This document shows positions 63,601 through 64,000 of a stretch of 64,000 nucleotides of DNA, one piece after another; position 1 is the first letter of the stretch, and each line of letters begins with the position of its first letter. Made by a program: the position numbers and the translations under genes. This DNA is from a virus, in IMG/VR virus record IMGVR_UViG_3300025141_000021, one strand, 5' to 3'. The notes beneath the pieces are model-generated. The model was not told the origin of the DNA, made no database searches, and saw only the letters and a list, made by a program, of their open reading frames with translations.

Positions 63601-63755
63601 AGATCAATGTCGTTCTCATTTTTATAATGATCATGAACAATACTTTGCCACGTACTGGCTACGTCTGCATGGGGATCATATTGTTTAGTAAATCTCTTTC
63701 GACGACGACGAGACACTTCTGGTGCTTTAGGTAAAAAGGGTTTTTTCTTAGCCAT
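60675..63755 (-). CDS. Baseplate hub protein: gp5-like N-terminal OB-fold candidate plus Peptidase M15A Zn domain
   Basis: INSALRS...SSQHNHGQAADIW...WIHISY gives the H/D/H zinc ligands. N-terminal GLILRV..ARIKVFIP..GQTVEVKF. Confidence 0.75.
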   Translation of the reverse strand: MAKKKPFLPKAPEVSRRRRKRFTKQYDPHADVASTWQSIVHDHYKNENDIDLGTTYTGLILRVEPEWTKDSFAPDMPHGRWLKKIRFSKALARIKVFIPELQGQVLPHPECLPVPGDTSDAAMRTNKIIDMYPVFTAKWPHLPKPIAGQTVEVKFDSKTEFDSGVWTGIIDEEPPKTTFECEDIEPPCPYKTQATAPEGDSPARTAFMAGEQQHLHGDAASLPVVPDGDWMAQRSATETLLAELFQSEEEPLVNPDTDVQTSASEVSQVLDDDAAEAAQLPGELEDAGIDVNDASLDSDDTFTDLEDEIASIEGMLSEEVSQLTVLEQQAFIYIVQSAIPSMREKTDEINTIISEMSQDVADMKEQIAQSGFRNIPAAEQGLSKSTDQAGQIQALLELASGIRAEVDNEIEGFGLGENNDFYMDTLSTLDQFDLAMETAETASGFCVGYWEAALAQARHKAINLETMLQHIGRFNFINVKKQFGMMNIRKVAPPAGGPLGAKSEPPWNSLPRKTKLRMTGHAQKGYAVGGNDMWYHFDRAEKPAPDDQGIIKWDASQAGNLHDIPEGGAWVAAAFLAKVRPVDSTASDYPTATPVATTAENQVPKGTGQAEQKCEECEEAKKSLKQHIDKSVGVCNEGYWPPREDCSCSTCSKGDCKDNPVIGHKFPDDFKLPKFAKLQISPEESGPDKRKFGSTTIYKECNQWEAKTTTKSTTGKDLDPPGRIVDFRNLVRELLEPIKEQFGNTLLINSALRSIAHNTAVNGVASSQHNHGQAADIWIVPKEYATGYGRPDTGVYGDKYALRKDSATLAAVAEVFHWIAESGLPFGQLILESSNGAAGVDKFAPTWIHISYLRGPDSPSGPRGDNTNKKSGQVMTFHKAGAYKLPSKIWNGTGEHPAWRWAGNNNPYGKPIPFTPHNNWGPTSDGSIRSKPTKVTGGGFCVVMSAADLPDHAEKSQAWREKADREAAARNKAAADAAALRAAEEAEAAKAAEEERRENLGWSGRFTEEKAAGEGFFGAVWDATFN

Positions 63756-64000
63756 TTACTCCGTTTCCTTGTTCAATATATCAAATATCTCGTCTTTGTC
63801 CTCTTCAGTGAGGTTAACCTTGACATTTGCCTTCTTTTGTATAAGAGCAGCAACCTTTACTAGCTGTTCATTGGAACGCTGCAAGGTTTCAACATATTTT
63901 GCAGCAACAGGCCCAACTTCTCGATGGCGTTCTTCAGCAGCCCTTAAATAAACAACCAAATCAGTCAATAGCGTTGCAGTTATTGCCCTGTCCTCGCGAA
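63756..64000 (-). CDS. Small helical hypothetical protein (5' end off-window)
   Basis: Frame is open to the window edge: REDRAITATLLTDL...LQRSNEQLVKVAALIQK. Confidence 0.65.
   Translation of the reverse strand, partial: REDRAITATLLTDLVVYLRAAEERHREVGPVAAKYVETLQRSNEQLVKVAALIQKKANVKVNLTEEDKDEIFDILNKETE

Noticed and set aside
63690-63755. NLS-like basic clusters (KKKP...RRRRKR; also RRRRRR near 36170)
   Set aside because: All hallmark genes are bacteriophage-type with SD sites, so generic nucleic-acid binding is the simpler explanation.
1-64000. Alternative genetic code or stop-codon reassignment
   Set aside because: Genes tile the strand under the standard code, and TAA, TAG and TGA all serve as real stops next to downstream starts.
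1-64000. tRNA, CRISPR array, intron or intein
   Set aside because: No gap is longer than about 95 nt, there is no spacer-repeat array, and the terminase, portal and primase show no intein-like insertions.

Overview
This window is a 64-kb slice of a large, T4-superfamily-like (probably contractile-tailed, jumbo-type) bacteriophage genome. It is densely coding in the standard genetic code, and every credible gene is on the minus strand. In transcription order (high to low coordinate) it carries: a split gp5-like baseplate hub with an M15A peptidase, a 2584-aa unknown protein, gp25 and gp6 baseplate proteins, a 3986-aa multi-LamG protein and other baseplate/fibre proteins, a RuvC-like resolvase, a primase, a fused SbcD-SbcC (gp47-gp46-like) nuclease-ATPase, small membrane/lysis-like genes, an array of small proteins sharing one N-terminal leader, large terminase, portal, prohead protease, a phage ribosomal protein bS21, a 1399-aa repeat fibre, the scaffold, and the 5' part of the gp23-like major capsid protein. 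The capsid gene is missing from the ORF track because it runs off the edge. I found no tRNA, rRNA, CRISPR array, intein or reverse transcriptase. The best candidate for an undescribed system is a set of otherwise unrelated small proteins, including an apparent polyprotein, that share an MK[LI][TA][RK]xxL[KE]x[ILV][IV][KR]EE-like leader. It looks like a capsid-targeting, protease-cleaved packaging signal. Other notable signals are an ACTANTTA intergenic (late-promoter-like) motif, a hidden 16-aa ORF coupled to the protease, and sharply bounded high-GC cassettes inside virion proteins. All family assignments come from motif recognition by eye, not from database searches.
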